64,000 nucleotides of DNA from Desulfomicrobium sp. GTDB taxonomy: Bacteria; Desulfobacterota; Desulfovibrionia; Desulfovibrionales; Desulfomicrobiaceae. Shown here piece after piece: positions 48,772-58,990 of this stretch. The stretch spans positions 64,001 to 128,000 of the forward strand of contig JAXGMI010000002.1 in NCBI GenBank assembly GCA_040768745.1, in the 5' to 3' direction. The notes beneath the pieces were generated by a model that had not been told where the DNA came from, ran no database searches, and saw nothing but the letters and a program-made list of their open reading frames with translations. The position numbers were made by a program, and so were the translations under genes. Position 1 is the first letter of the stretch, and each line of letters begins with the position of its first letter.

Positions 48772-50073
48772 ATGCGCAGAGATATCGAGCACGTCGGTTG
48801 GGGAAAACTGACCTACGAAATCCGGGCCATCGTGGCGGTGGCCCAGGATCTTCGCAATCTGGGCCTGGAGATCATCTGGGAAAACATCGGCGATCCCATC
48901 GAAAAGGGCGAGCAGGTGCCGGTATGGATCAAGGAGATCATCGCCGACCTGGCCATGGATGATAAATCATACGGATACTGCGCCACGCAGGGCATCCTGG
49001 AGACCCGCGAATTTGTGGCCCAACTGGTCAATCAGCGCGGCAGCTACCAGGTCACCTCCGACGATATCATCTTTTTCAACGGCCTGGGTGACGCCGTGGC
49101 CAAGATTTTCGGCTTTCTCAAGCGCGAGGCCCGGGTCATTGGACCGTCTCCGGCCTATTCGACCCATTCTTCGGCCGAAGCGGCCCATTCCGGATACGAA
49201 CACCTGACCTATGAACTGGACCCGAACAACGGCTGGATGCCGGACCTGGTCGATCTGGAGAACAAGGTCCGCTACAACGATTCCATCGCCGGCATCCTGT
49301 TCATCAACCCGGACAACCCCACGGGTGCGGTCTATCCCTGCGAGTTGATCGAGAAGATCGTGGATATCGCCCGCCGCTACAACATTTTTGTCCTGGCCGA
49401 TGAAATATACGCCAACATCGTGTACAGCGGCCAACCGACCTGCAGTCTGTCCGAGGTCATCGGCGAGGTGCCGGGCATGGCCCTGCGCGGGATTTCCAAG
49501 GAGTACCCATGGCCTGGGGGCCGCTGCGGGTGGATCGAGGTGTATAACAAGGACAAGAATCCGGACTTCAAGGCGTACATCAAGAGTCTGCTCAACGCCA
49601 AGATGCTGGAGGTCTGCTCCACCACCTTGCCCCAGCTCTCCATTCCGCTGGTTATGGGCGACCCGCGCTACAAGGCGCACCTGGACGCCCGGCGCAGGCT
49701 GTTCGAAAAGCGCGCCCAGGAAGCATGGGAAGCCTTCCAGGGTGTGTCCGGGATTCGGGTCATCAAGCCCCAGGGCGCCTTCTACATGGCGGTCATGTTC
49801 GAGGAAGGGGTGCTGAACGCCAATCAGACTCTGGACATCCAGAACCCCCGCGTGCGGGCCCACGTGAGGGAAATCGTCAAGGGCGTGGAGGTGGACAAGC
49901 GTTTTGTCTATTATCTCCTGGGCGCCACTGGTATCTGCGTGGTTCCCCTGACCGGCTTCTGCTGTAACCGCAAGGGATTCCGGGTCACCCTTCTGGAGAT
50001 GAACGACGAAAAGCGTCGTTACACATGGAAGACCATCGGGGAAGCCATTGCCCGCTACCTCGCTTCGGCCTGA
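48772..50073 (+). CDS. PLP-dependent aminotransferase class I/II (AlaA-like)
   Basis: NIGDP, INPDNPTG, ADEIY, GISKEYPWPGGRCGW. Confidence 0.92.
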   Translation: MRRDIEHVGWGKLTYEIRAIVAVAQDLRNLGLEIIWENIGDPIEKGEQVPVWIKEIIADLAMDDKSYGYCATQGILETREFVAQLVNQRGSYQVTSDDIIFFNGLGDAVAKIFGFLKREARVIGPSPAYSTHSSAEAAHSGYEHLTYELDPNNGWMPDLVDLENKVRYNDSIAGILFINPDNPTGAVYPCELIEKIVDIARRYNIFVLADEIYANIVYSGQPTCSLSEVIGEVPGMALRGISKEYPWPGGRCGWIEVYNKDKNPDFKAYIKSLLNAKMLEVCSTTLPQLSIPLVMGDPRYKAHLDARRRLFEKRAQEAWEAFQGVSGIRVIKPQGAFYMAVMFEEGVLNANQTLDIQNPRVRAHVREIVKGVEVDKRFVYYLLGATGICVVPLTGFCCNRKGFRVTLLEMNDEKRRYTWKTIGEAIARYLASA

Positions 50074-50077
50074 TCTC

Positions 50078-50707
50078 ATGACCGAGGGTTCCAATGTTCG
50101 TTGGCTGGACTGGGCCAGAGAAATTCAGGCCCTGGCCCAGACCGGGCTGGCCTTCACCACAAGTCAGTACGACCGTCTGACCTTTGAGCGCCTGTCCGAG
50201 ATCGCGGCCGAGATCGTGGCCGGACATTCCCAGCTTGTATTCCCGGAAATCAAGCGCGTCTTTTCCCTGGAGCCTGGGTACGCGACGCCCAAAGTGGACA
50301 TCCGGGCTGCTGTCGTCCGTGACGGACGGATTTTGCTGGTCCGGGAGAAGGCTGACGGCAAATGGGCCATGCCCGGGGGATGGGCTGACGTGGGTGACCG
50401 TCCGTCAGAAACAGCCGAACGGGAAACACAAGAGGAAAGCGGGTTTGTGGTTCGGGCGGCCAAGCTCCTGGGCGCCTTTGACGCCAATCGCGGGGAGAAG
50501 GCCAGCGTGTTCTTCCATGCCGTGAAGCTCGTGTTTCTGTGCGAACTTCTGGGCGGTGAGGCCAATCCGAGCATGGAGACCCTGGCCGTGGATTTTTTTG
50601 ATTTCGACAACCTGCCGCCCTTGTCCGAGCACCGCACCAGCCTGCGGCTTCTGGATGAGGTCCGTGCGCATCTGGCCGACCCCCTGCGACCGGCTGCCTT
50701 TGACTGA
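50078..50707 (+). CDS. NUDIX hydrolase with Nudix_N domain
   Basis: WAREIQALAQTGL, GYATPKVD, PGGWADVG......AERETQEESG. Confidence 0.93.
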   Translation: MTEGSNVRWLDWAREIQALAQTGLAFTTSQYDRLTFERLSEIAAEIVAGHSQLVFPEIKRVFSLEPGYATPKVDIRAAVVRDGRILLVREKADGKWAMPGGWADVGDRPSETAERETQEESGFVVRAAKLLGAFDANRGEKASVFFHAVKLVFLCELLGGEANPSMETLAVDFFDFDNLPPLSEHRTSLRLLDEVRAHLADPLRPAAFD

Positions 50708-50708
50708 C

Positions 50709-51527
50709 ATGCACGCTGAAACCTGTTCACTGCCCATTGGTGTTTTCGACTCCGGTATCGGCGGTCTGACCGTTCTCAAGGCCCTGACCGAGGCCCTGCC
50801 CCAGGAGAGCTTCGTCTATCTGGGAGACACAGCCCGTTTGCCCTATGGGACCAAAAGCGCGCGGTCCGTGACACGCTATGCCCTGCAGACCACGGCCCTG
50901 TTGAAGGACCGGGGGGTGAAGCTGCTGGTCATCGCCTGCAACACGGCCACAGCCATGTCTCTGGATGCCCTGCACGAGGCCTATCCCGACCTGCCTGTGG
51001 TGGGCGTGATCCGTCCCGGGGCCGCAGCCGCCTGCCGGGCCAGCAAGAGCGGCCGGATCGGCGTCATCGCCACGGAAAACACTGTGAACGGACGCAGCTA
51101 CGAACGCGAAATAGTGCGCCTGCGTCCTGATGCCCAGATTTTCGCCCAGCCCTGTCCGCTTTTTGTGCCTTTGGCCGAGGAGGGATGGTGCAATGGAGAA
51201 ATCGCCGAGCTCATCGCTACCCGCTACCTCGGCTCCATGGTTGAAAACACGGGCATCGACACCCTGGTCCTGGGCTGCACCCACTTCCCGGTCCTGTCCG
51301 AAGCCATCCAGAGCGTGGTCGGGCCGGACGTGACCCTGGTTGATTCGGCCTGGACGACTGCGGAATTCGTGCGGGATATGCTTGCCCGGAGGGACATCTG
51401 TTCCACCACCGCAAGTCGGACCCTGTCCTTTCTGGCTACGGACGGGGCGGAACGCTTTGCGCGCATCGGAGGGGTGTTTCTCGATCGTCCTCTGCAGGCC
51501 CAAGACGTGGAGATCGTGGACCTCTGA
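50709..51527 (+). CDS. murI: Glutamate racemase
   Basis: IGVFDSGIGGLTV, PYGTKS, IACNTAT, LGCTHFP. Confidence 0.97.
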   Translation: MHAETCSLPIGVFDSGIGGLTVLKALTEALPQESFVYLGDTARLPYGTKSARSVTRYALQTTALLKDRGVKLLVIACNTATAMSLDALHEAYPDLPVVGVIRPGAAAACRASKSGRIGVIATENTVNGRSYEREIVRLRPDAQIFAQPCPLFVPLAEEGWCNGEIAELIATRYLGSMVENTGIDTLVLGCTHFPVLSEAIQSVVGPDVTLVDSAWTTAEFVRDMLARRDICSTTASRTLSFLATDGAERFARIGGVFLDRPLQAQDVEIVDL

Positions 51528-51985
51528 TGTCCGCCCTCCTGGCCGTGGATGCCGGACTGCGCACTGGACTGGCACTCTATTCCCGCCATGGGCGGTTGAT
51601 GTGGTGCCGTTCGCACAATCTGGGCACCACCACGCGATTGAAAAAAGCTGCGGCCCGGGTTCTTTTTGAGTTGCCGGAGCTGGAGTACATCGTGGTCGAA
51701 GGCGGAGGGCAGACCGCGGGGATCTGGGAGCACGCGGCTCAGAAACGCGGAGTTCCGTGTCTTGCCATTCAGGCCCAGGACTGGCGATCAGACTTCATTC
51801 TGCCCCGGCAGATGGTCAGCGGGCAGAAGGCCAAGGCGGCCGCTTGCGCCTTGGTCAACAGTATTTTGCGCAGGGAGGGGTGGTCCTCGCCGACCACGCC
51901 GGGCCATGATGCCGCCGAGGCAGCACTCATCGGCCTGTGGGCAGCAGTGCGGCTCGGATGGCGGATCATGCCCGATCTGAGGTAG
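51527..51985 (+). CDS. Hypothetical protein with RuvC/RNase H-like acidic motifs
   Basis: LLAVDAGLRTGLA, IVVEGG, HDAAEAALIG. Confidence 0.7.
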   Translation: MSALLAVDAGLRTGLALYSRHGRLMWCRSHNLGTTTRLKKAAARVLFELPELEYIVVEGGGQTAGIWEHAAQKRGVPCLAIQAQDWRSDFILPRQMVSGQKAKAAACALVNSILRREGWSSPTTPGHDAAEAALIGLWAAVRLGWRIMPDLR

Positions 51986-51992
51986 GAACCAT

Positions 51993-52841
51993 ATGGATTC
52001 ACTGTGTTACGATCTTCCTGGCATGAGCCCCGTGGGTCTGGGTCTCATAGCCCTGCTGAACACCCCCGGGGCCACGGTGAAGCAGATCGCGGTCCAGGCT
52101 GAGCTCGACCCAGCCATATTCGGCAATATCGTTGGCTGTGCCAATTCCCCGGCCTATACCGGACTGAACAAATCCACCGACATCCTGGCCTCCCTGCTCC
52201 GGCTGGGGCAGCGGGAAGTCAGGCGCATCGTGTTCCAGGTCGTGCTGCGTGGGGCGTTCCATCACGAATCGCAGCCCATCAGCACCATCCTGCGCCGGAT
52301 CTGGCTGCAGAGCCTGGCGACCAACGTGTCTATGCACAAACTCACTGCCGCGGCATCAGAGTCCTTTGCCCTCGACCAGGAGGAGGCAAGGTTTGCGGAA
52401 TGTCTGGGCCTTTTGCACAACATCGGGTACTTGGTGCTGCTGGCCAATTTTCCCCATCGATTCCTTGACTTTTTTTCCCGGCACGAGGATCTGCCACTGC
52501 CAGTGTTTTTTGACCAGGAGCAAAGGTGGTTTCATCCCCATGACCATTTTTCCTGTGGCCGCGCAGTGCTCGAGGTCTGGAATTTTCCCAGATCCTTCTC
52601 GGAAATCGTGGCAGGCTATAAAGAGCCCACTGGGGAGTTCCGCGGCAGTCATCCGCGCCTGCACGGCATGTTGCGCCTGTCCAGGCACGCCATCAGCATG
52701 ACCGAGTACGCGTTCCATCCCGTTCAACCTGACGGATTCTGGGTGGAGGGGGCGGAACTGCCGGATGGGCAACCGGATTTCAGCACTCTCATCCCGGATG
52801 TGCGGCAGAGCGTCCAGCATGTGGAGGCATCGTTTTCATGA
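51993..52841 (+). CDS. Stand-alone HDOD domain protein
   Basis: LDPAI...ANSPAY, RLG, GLLHNIGYL, DH..CG..V...WNFP. Confidence 0.85.
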   Translation: MDSLCYDLPGMSPVGLGLIALLNTPGATVKQIAVQAELDPAIFGNIVGCANSPAYTGLNKSTDILASLLRLGQREVRRIVFQVVLRGAFHHESQPISTILRRIWLQSLATNVSMHKLTAAASESFALDQEEARFAECLGLLHNIGYLVLLANFPHRFLDFFSRHEDLPLPVFFDQEQRWFHPHDHFSCGRAVLEVWNFPRSFSEIVAGYKEPTGEFRGSHPRLHGMLRLSRHAISMTEYAFHPVQPDGFWVEGAELPDGQPDFSTLIPDVRQSVQHVEASFS

Positions 52842-53038
52842 CCTTCGAACACCGCGATTTTCGCACAAACCTCCGCTGCACCACATGCAGGGGCCTGTTG
52901 CAGGTCAGGCGGACCTGACGGTCCGTGTCGCTGCGCTGCAGGTCCTGTGGCGCGCATTTTGGACTCCAGGAATTCGGCACGACCCTCGACGACCTGATGG
53001 AGGAGTATCTGGCCAACATTCCCTGTGATCGCGTATGA
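52838..53038 (+). CDS. Dual-CXXC small selenoprotein candidate (UGA at codon 27)
   Basis: MTFEHRDFRTNLRCTTCRGLLQVRRT-U-RSVSLRCRSCGAHFGLQEFGTTLDDLMEEYLANIPCDRV*; fills the gap with ATGA overlaps at both ends; SECIS-like hairpin after UGA. Confidence 0.8.
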
Positions 53039-53535
53039 ATAGATCCAAACCCGTGTCCGCCAGCCGGGCGACCATCTCCTGTTCCGTGCAGCCGCAGAAT
53101 GCCAATCCAGCCGGCATTGTGCACGGCGGGTTCATCCTGCATCAGATCGATACAGTGGCCGCCGTAGCGGCCATGCGCCATGTGCGAGGGAACGTGGTCA
53201 CCCTTTCCATAGACCGGACCATTTTCCACGAGCCGGTGCATATCGGAGAACTGGTCACGTTTTTCGCCAGCGTGAACATGGTCGGCACGACGTCACTGGA
53301 GGTGGGGGTGCGGGTGGAGGCTGAAAACCTGTTCACCGGGGCCATCAGGCACACCAATTCGGCCTATCTGACCTTTGTGGCCCTTGACCGCCGTCATCGC
53401 CCCGTACCTGTTCCGGGGCTGATTCTGGAATCCGAGGAGGACCGGCGGCGCAACGAGGAAGCACTGGCCCGCCGCGCCCAACGGCTGGCCGAACGGTCAC
53501 ACTCAACACCGTCAAGGATTACATTTCGCCCATGA
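53035..53535 (+). CDS. Acyl-CoA thioesterase (hotdog fold)
   Basis: ANPAGIVHGG, VGTTSLEVGVRV, TFVALD. Confidence 0.92.
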   Translation: MNRSKPVSASRATISCSVQPQNANPAGIVHGGFILHQIDTVAAVAAMRHVRGNVVTLSIDRTIFHEPVHIGELVTFFASVNMVGTTSLEVGVRVEAENLFTGAIRHTNSAYLTFVALDRRHRPVPVPGLILESEEDRRRNEEALARRAQRLAERSHSTPSRITFRP

Positions 53536-54800
53536 CTTCCGTCATTATCCCGCGTTCCGAGCATCCCGTCTCCCGCAAGCATATCCATCCTGACGCACTG
53601 AAGGTCATGTACCGCCTGGCGCGCAAAGGATTCACCGCCTATCTCGTGGGAGGAAGTGTGCGCGATCTCATCCTCGGCCGCACGCCCAAGGATTTCGACG
53701 TCAGCACCAATGCCACTCCCTCCCAGATCAAGAAAATATTCCAGAATTGCTTCCTGATCGGTCGCAGGTTCCGGCTGGCCCACATCCGTTTTGACGACCA
53801 CATCATCGAAACGGCCACCTTCCGGCGTTGCCCGGTGCAGGAAGAGGAGACCGATGACGGCGAGCTGTATATGTTGCGTGACAATTGCTACGGGACGCCG
53901 GAGGAGGACGCCCTGCGCCGGGATTTCACCATCAACGGACTCTTCTACGAGATTGAACGGTTCACCATCATCGACCATGTGGGAGGCCTGAGCGACATCC
54001 GCAATCGTCTCATCCGCAGCATCGGGGACCCGAACATCCGTTTCCGGGAGGACCCGGTGCGCATGATACGGGCGATCCGTTTTGCCGCCAGGCTCGACTT
54101 CCATATCGAGCCCGTCACCTACAACGCCATCCTGCGCCACCACGAAGAAATTATGAAGGCTTCCTCCCCGCGCATCTTCGAGGAGCTGCAGAAGCTCTTC
54201 GCCTTCGGATGCGGGGAGAAGGCGTTCCGCCTGCTGTACAAGACCGGCCTGCTGCACGACATGCTGCCGGAGGTGGCCGAATTCCTGGATCACGACCACG
54301 GTCAGGACTCCGTGCTGTGGGATTGGCTGGCGCACCTGGACGAGCGGATCCGGGACACGGGCAAGGCCGAACCGGTCCTGCTTTTTGCGGCCCTTTTATT
54401 CGCGCCGGTGCGGCGCGTGGCGGACAGGTACGCGGCCCAGGGCGAGCGGGTGGTCTTCGCCGAACTCCTGGCGGACCTCCTCACGCCCCTGTGTACGCGC
54501 ATCTGTATGCCCAAGTGGATGTCTGCCCGTTTGATCCAGATCATGGTCAACCAGACCCGGTTCGAGCCAGACAAGCGCAAGCGTTTTTCCAAGCGTGGGT
54601 TCGTGGCCCAGGACTGTTTTCCCGAGACTCTGGCCCTGTACGAACTGGGTTTGCGCGTGGCCGGCGACGACCTAAGCCACACCACAGCCTGGAAGGATCT
54701 GCGCAGAGAAGTGGAGTCTGAGCGGCCAGTATCCGACGGGTTCCGTTCCGAACATCCAAGACCGCCCCGCAAGCGGCCCTCCCGCCGGCGGCGCAGATGA
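53532..54800 (+). CDS. pcnB: Poly(A) polymerase I-like nucleotidyltransferase
   Basis: AYLVGGSVRDL, KDFD, LIGRRFRLAH (PAP signature), RRDFTING, EDPVRMIRA. Confidence 0.92.
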   Translation: MTSVIIPRSEHPVSRKHIHPDALKVMYRLARKGFTAYLVGGSVRDLILGRTPKDFDVSTNATPSQIKKIFQNCFLIGRRFRLAHIRFDDHIIETATFRRCPVQEEETDDGELYMLRDNCYGTPEEDALRRDFTINGLFYEIERFTIIDHVGGLSDIRNRLIRSIGDPNIRFREDPVRMIRAIRFAARLDFHIEPVTYNAILRHHEEIMKASSPRIFEELQKLFAFGCGEKAFRLLYKTGLLHDMLPEVAEFLDHDHGQDSVLWDWLAHLDERIRDTGKAEPVLLFAALLFAPVRRVADRYAAQGERVVFAELLADLLTPLCTRICMPKWMSARLIQIMVNQTRFEPDKRKRFSKRGFVAQDCFPETLALYELGLRVAGDDLSHTTAWKDLRREVESERPVSDGFRSEHPRPPRKRPSRRRRR

Positions 54801-56632
54801 ATCTGCGAGAGGATCTGGTCAGTTTCCCCACCTGCCCGGGCGTCTATCTGATGAAGAACGCCGCGGGCAGAATCATTTATGTGGGGAAGGCCAAGCACCT
54901 GCGCCGCCGGGTGGCCTCCTATTTCCAGCCTGACCACCGCCTGCCGATCAAGGTCAGGGCCATGATGCCGAAGGTGCAGGGCATCGACTTCCTGTGCACG
55001 TCCACGGAAAAGGAGGCGTTGCTCCTGGAAGCGAGCCTGATCAAGAAGCACCGGCCCAAATACAACATCGTTCTGCGTGACGACAAACAGTACGTTCTCT
55101 TTTGTCTGGCCCGTAACCATCCCTTCCCGGCTTTGCGCCTGACCCGCAGGGTCATCCGCGACGGATCGGTCTATTTCGGTCCTTTCACCTCGGCCCTGGC
55201 CGCCCGGGAGACCAAGCGGGTCATCGATCGCCTCTTTCCCTTGCGTAAATGCCGGGATACGGTCTTCGCCAACCGGGTCCGGCCCTGTCTGCAATACCAC
55301 ATCGGCCGCTGTCTGGCGCCGTGCTGTCTCCCCGTATCCCAGGAGGCGTACCTGGAGGTGGTCAGGCAGGTGGAGCTTTTCCTGTCCGGCAAGTCGGCCG
55401 AGCTGGTGGCCGGCTTAGAGACCGAGATGCTGGCCGCCTCCGAGGCTCTGGACTTCGAGCGGGCAGCCCGGCTGCGGGACAGCATCCGGTCCCTGCAGGA
55501 GACCACCGAGCGCCAGGCTGCGGTCCTGTCCGACGGCCGGGATCTGGACGTCCTGGGCCTGCACAGCCATGACACAGGGATCAGTCTGGCCGTCGTTTTC
55601 GTCCGTCAGGGCCGGATCATCGACGGTCAGACCTTCTGGTTTCCGGGGGCGTCAGTGCAGACAGCCGAGGACGAACGGACCGTGATCAATGCGTTCATCC
55701 TGCAGTTCTACACCGCTGAGCGCTTCATTCCTGCGCGTCTGGTCACGGCTTTGGGCGGGGCGGATCCCGGAGTGGGCGAGATCCTGTCGGATCTGCGTGG
55801 AGGCAAAACAGTCCTGGCCAAGGCCCGGGGAGAACAGGAGCGCCGATTGGTGGACATCGCCACTGCCAACGCCCGGGCCGACGTGCGCCAGCACCGCCGG
55901 GCCGGAGCCGACGGCAAGGGGCTGGCCCGTGCCCTGGGCCTGGACAGGGAGATCGGTCGCGTGGAATGCGTGGATGTATCCCACATCCAGGGCGAAGGCA
56001 TGCGGGCAGGCCTGGTCGCGTTCACCGACGGACAGGAGGACAAGGAGGCCTACCGCATTTACGCCTTTCCCGAACTGGAGGGCAGTGCGGACGACTATCT
56101 GGCCCTGGCCCGTTTCGCAGTGCGGCGCGTCCAGTCAGGTCCGCCCTGGCCGGATTTGCTGCTCATCGACGGGGGCAGGGGGCAGCTCAGGGCCGTGGAA
56201 CGGGCCCTGAACGAGGTCGGGGCTGCTGGTCTGTTCGCTCTGGCCGCCATTGCCAAGGGCGAGAGCCGCCGGGCCGGGGAGCTGGGCGATGCGGTGTTTC
56301 TTCCTGGCCGCAAGAATCCTGCGCACCTCAAGGCCGGCAGCCCCGAGCTGCTCTTCCTGCAGCATGTGCGGGACACGGCCCACCGCTTCGCCATCTCCCG
56401 CCTGCGTCGGCACAAGCGCGGGACCCAGTTCAAATCCGAGCTGGACAGTCTGTCGGGCATCGGTCCCAAGAACGCCCGGCTGCTTTGGGAGCGGTTCGGG
56501 AGTCTGGAGGCCATGGTGGCCGCATCCGTGGATGAACTGGCCGCTTTGCCCGGGCTGGGGTTCCGGAAAGCAGTGGCCATCCACGCTGCGTTGGGGGCCC
56601 TCGGATCAGTCCCAGCCAATGCGAAGTGCTGA
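54797..56632 (+). CDS. uvrC: Excinuclease ABC subunit C
   Basis: PGVYLM, IYVGKAKHL, PKYNI.LRDDK, FERAARLRD, LIDGGRGQ, HhH tail. Confidence 0.97.
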   Translation: MNLREDLVSFPTCPGVYLMKNAAGRIIYVGKAKHLRRRVASYFQPDHRLPIKVRAMMPKVQGIDFLCTSTEKEALLLEASLIKKHRPKYNIVLRDDKQYVLFCLARNHPFPALRLTRRVIRDGSVYFGPFTSALAARETKRVIDRLFPLRKCRDTVFANRVRPCLQYHIGRCLAPCCLPVSQEAYLEVVRQVELFLSGKSAELVAGLETEMLAASEALDFERAARLRDSIRSLQETTERQAAVLSDGRDLDVLGLHSHDTGISLAVVFVRQGRIIDGQTFWFPGASVQTAEDERTVINAFILQFYTAERFIPARLVTALGGADPGVGEILSDLRGGKTVLAKARGEQERRLVDIATANARADVRQHRRAGADGKGLARALGLDREIGRVECVDVSHIQGEGMRAGLVAFTDGQEDKEAYRIYAFPELEGSADDYLALARFAVRRVQSGPPWPDLLLIDGGRGQLRAVERALNEVGAAGLFALAAIAKGESRRAGELGDAVFLPGRKNPAHLKAGSPELLFLQHVRDTAHRFAISRLRRHKRGTQFKSELDSLSGIGPKNARLLWERFGSLEAMVAASVDELAALPGLGFRKAVAIHAALGALGSVPANAKC

Positions 56633-56826
56633 CCACCGGCGTGGAAGTGCCTTCCATAAAATTCATCTTTGTCTTGTATGACGAAGGGTTGCCTTGCATT
56701 CGTGGTCGCTTCGGGCTACCTCTGGTGCAGGGCAGGCAGGAGAACGTCGGATACATCCGAAGCACAATCCCTGATTCTGGAACCTTGAGCATTTCAAACA
56801 TCAATCCGGCAAGGAGTTGTAGATCC

Positions 56827-58542
56827 ATGTCCAACGCCGCACACCATTTTGCCTCCGATCCCGCGATACATCCCGATCTCGTTTCCGTGTCGCCGGAAGG
56901 CCAAGTTTTTCCCCTCCCCACGCAAGCCGACTACGACAGGGAAAACCAGCGACTGCTCCAACTGGTCGAAGCCCAGCGCGCATTGGGTCGCGAGATCGTG
57001 GTGGTCATGGGAGTGGGCTTTGTGGGCGCGGTCATGGCCGGCGTGGTGGCCGATGCCGTGCACAAGGACACGGGGGCGCCGCTCTACTGTGTCATGGGCA
57101 TGCAGCGCCCAAGCCCGCGGTCCTACTGGAAGATCCCCTACCTGAACCGGGGTCAGGCCCCGGTGGAGGCTGAGGACCCTGAGGTGGCGCCCCTCATCGC
57201 GCGATGCGTGCGGGACAAGAAGACCCTGACCGCGACCTTCTCGTACGAGGCCCTGGCGTTAGCCGATGTCGTGGTCGTGGACGTGCAGTGCGACTACCAC
57301 AAGAACGCCCTGGGCGACGTGCGCGATGGCCATGCCGAGATCAAGGCCCTGGAGGAGAGCCTTCGGGTTGTCGGGGAGAAGATTCAGCCCCATTGTCTGG
57401 TACTCATCGAAACCACTGTACCCCCGGGCACGACCGAGTATGTGGCCTATCCCATTCTGAAAAAGGCCTTTGCCCAACGCGGTCTGGTCCAGGATCAGGG
57501 GGCTGACCAGGTCTCCCGATCCGAACCGCTGCTGGCCCATTCCTACGAAAGGGTCATGCCCGGTCGCCAGTACGTGGCCTCGATCCGGGATTTCTGGCGG
57601 GTCTGCTCCGGGGTCAACGCCGAGGCCCGGGACAAGGTGGTGCGTTTCCTGGGCAATGTGCTCAATGTGGACAAATTCCCCCTGACCGTGCTGGACCGGC
57701 CCATCGAATCCGAGACGTGCAAGATCGTGGAAAACTCCTACCGGGCGACCATCCTGGCCTTTCTGGACGAATGGAGCAGGTTCGCCGAGCTCAACGGAGT
57801 GGACCTGATCAAGGTCATTGAGGCCATCAAGGTCCGGCCAACCCACGACAACATCATCTTTCCCGGGCCCGGGGTGGGCGGATACTGCCTGCCCAAGGAC
57901 GGAGGTCTTGGGGTATGGGCCTACAACACCCTGATGGGGTTTGAGGACGACATCTTCAAGATCACCCCCCTGGCCATCGACATCAACGATACGCGTTCCC
58001 TGCACGTGGCCCAGCTGGTGCGCGACGCCCTGCGCAACATGGGCAAAATCGTGGCCGCTTCGCGGGTCGCTGTGCTCGGGGCCTCGTACCGCCAGGACGT
58101 GGGGGACACCCGGTACAGCGGTTCGGAAATGATCGTGCGCAAACTGGCCGAGATGGGCGCGGAGGTCGCTGTCCATGACCCGTATGTGCGCCACTGGTGG
58201 GAGTTTGAAAAACAGGAAACCTATCCGGCCTCGGGCAAGAGCTGGGCACGGTTTTTCCGCAATCAGGACCACCTGCGTGACCTGAAGATGGCTGACACCC
58301 TGCCCCAGGCCCTGGCCGGAGTCGATGCGGTGGTCCTGGCCGTGCCCCATCAGCCCTACAAGGCCCTGACCCCCGAGGCCGTGGTGGACATGATCGGCAC
58401 CTGCGCCGCGGTGATCGACTGTTTCGGCATGCTCAGCGACGCCCAGATCGAACGCTATTTCGAGTTGGGCTGCGAGGTGAAGGGGCTGGGTCGGGGACAT
58501 ATCCAGAGGATCAAGAAAAAGGTGCAGAAAGGGGAAAATTGA
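56827..58542 (+). CDS. Nucleotide-sugar dehydrogenase (UDP-glucose/GDP-mannose dehydrogenase family)
   Basis: GVGFVG, ETTVPPGTT, ERVMPG, KIVENSYR, GPGVGGYCLPKD. Confidence 0.93.
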   Translation: MSNAAHHFASDPAIHPDLVSVSPEGQVFPLPTQADYDRENQRLLQLVEAQRALGREIVVVMGVGFVGAVMAGVVADAVHKDTGAPLYCVMGMQRPSPRSYWKIPYLNRGQAPVEAEDPEVAPLIARCVRDKKTLTATFSYEALALADVVVVDVQCDYHKNALGDVRDGHAEIKALEESLRVVGEKIQPHCLVLIETTVPPGTTEYVAYPILKKAFAQRGLVQDQGADQVSRSEPLLAHSYERVMPGRQYVASIRDFWRVCSGVNAEARDKVVRFLGNVLNVDKFPLTVLDRPIESETCKIVENSYRATILAFLDEWSRFAELNGVDLIKVIEAIKVRPTHDNIIFPGPGVGGYCLPKDGGLGVWAYNTLMGFEDDIFKITPLAIDINDTRSLHVAQLVRDALRNMGKIVAASRVAVLGASYRQDVGDTRYSGSEMIVRKLAEMGAEVAVHDPYVRHWWEFEKQETYPASGKSWARFFRNQDHLRDLKMADTLPQALAGVDAVVLAVPHQPYKALTPEAVVDMIGTCAAVIDCFGMLSDAQIERYFELGCEVKGLGRGHIQRIKKKVQKGEN

Positions 58543-58990
58543 ACGCACTCGTGTTCTTCCGGTAAAAAAAATCGGCCATCCGGCAGCATGCACAATGCCG
58601 CGCGGGGTCCTTTTTTGGCGTTTCTGGCCATGGCAGCCCGTCATGCCCTGATCCGCGTCAACGCGCGGGCCATGGACCAGGCTATGCCCGGGGGGCTTCG
58701 AGGCCGGTCAATCTGCATGGGTTGTTGCTTTCCCTTTTGCTCGCGGGCAGTCCCACCTCCACTTCATCGGCATGGACAGGCCGGAATGGGGCAAAGCCTG
58801 AGCCACGGCAGTTGGCAGGAGCCTGCCCGTGTTCAGTTCAGGAGACGGATGAATCCAATTTCCCATGGAACAGAAGTTCGTTCCTTGACTATCCCGGACA
58901 GTGAACGTTGCGGACAGCTGTTTCATCCACAGCCAGAGTGCTTTCCGGTCATGGCGAACGGAATGGCCCAGAATATCCAGAGAGGACACC

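Noticed and set aside
58543..58990. Possible riboswitch or small gene upstream of the NimA-like gene
   Set aside because: No aptamer consensus or convincing ORF could be identified by eye
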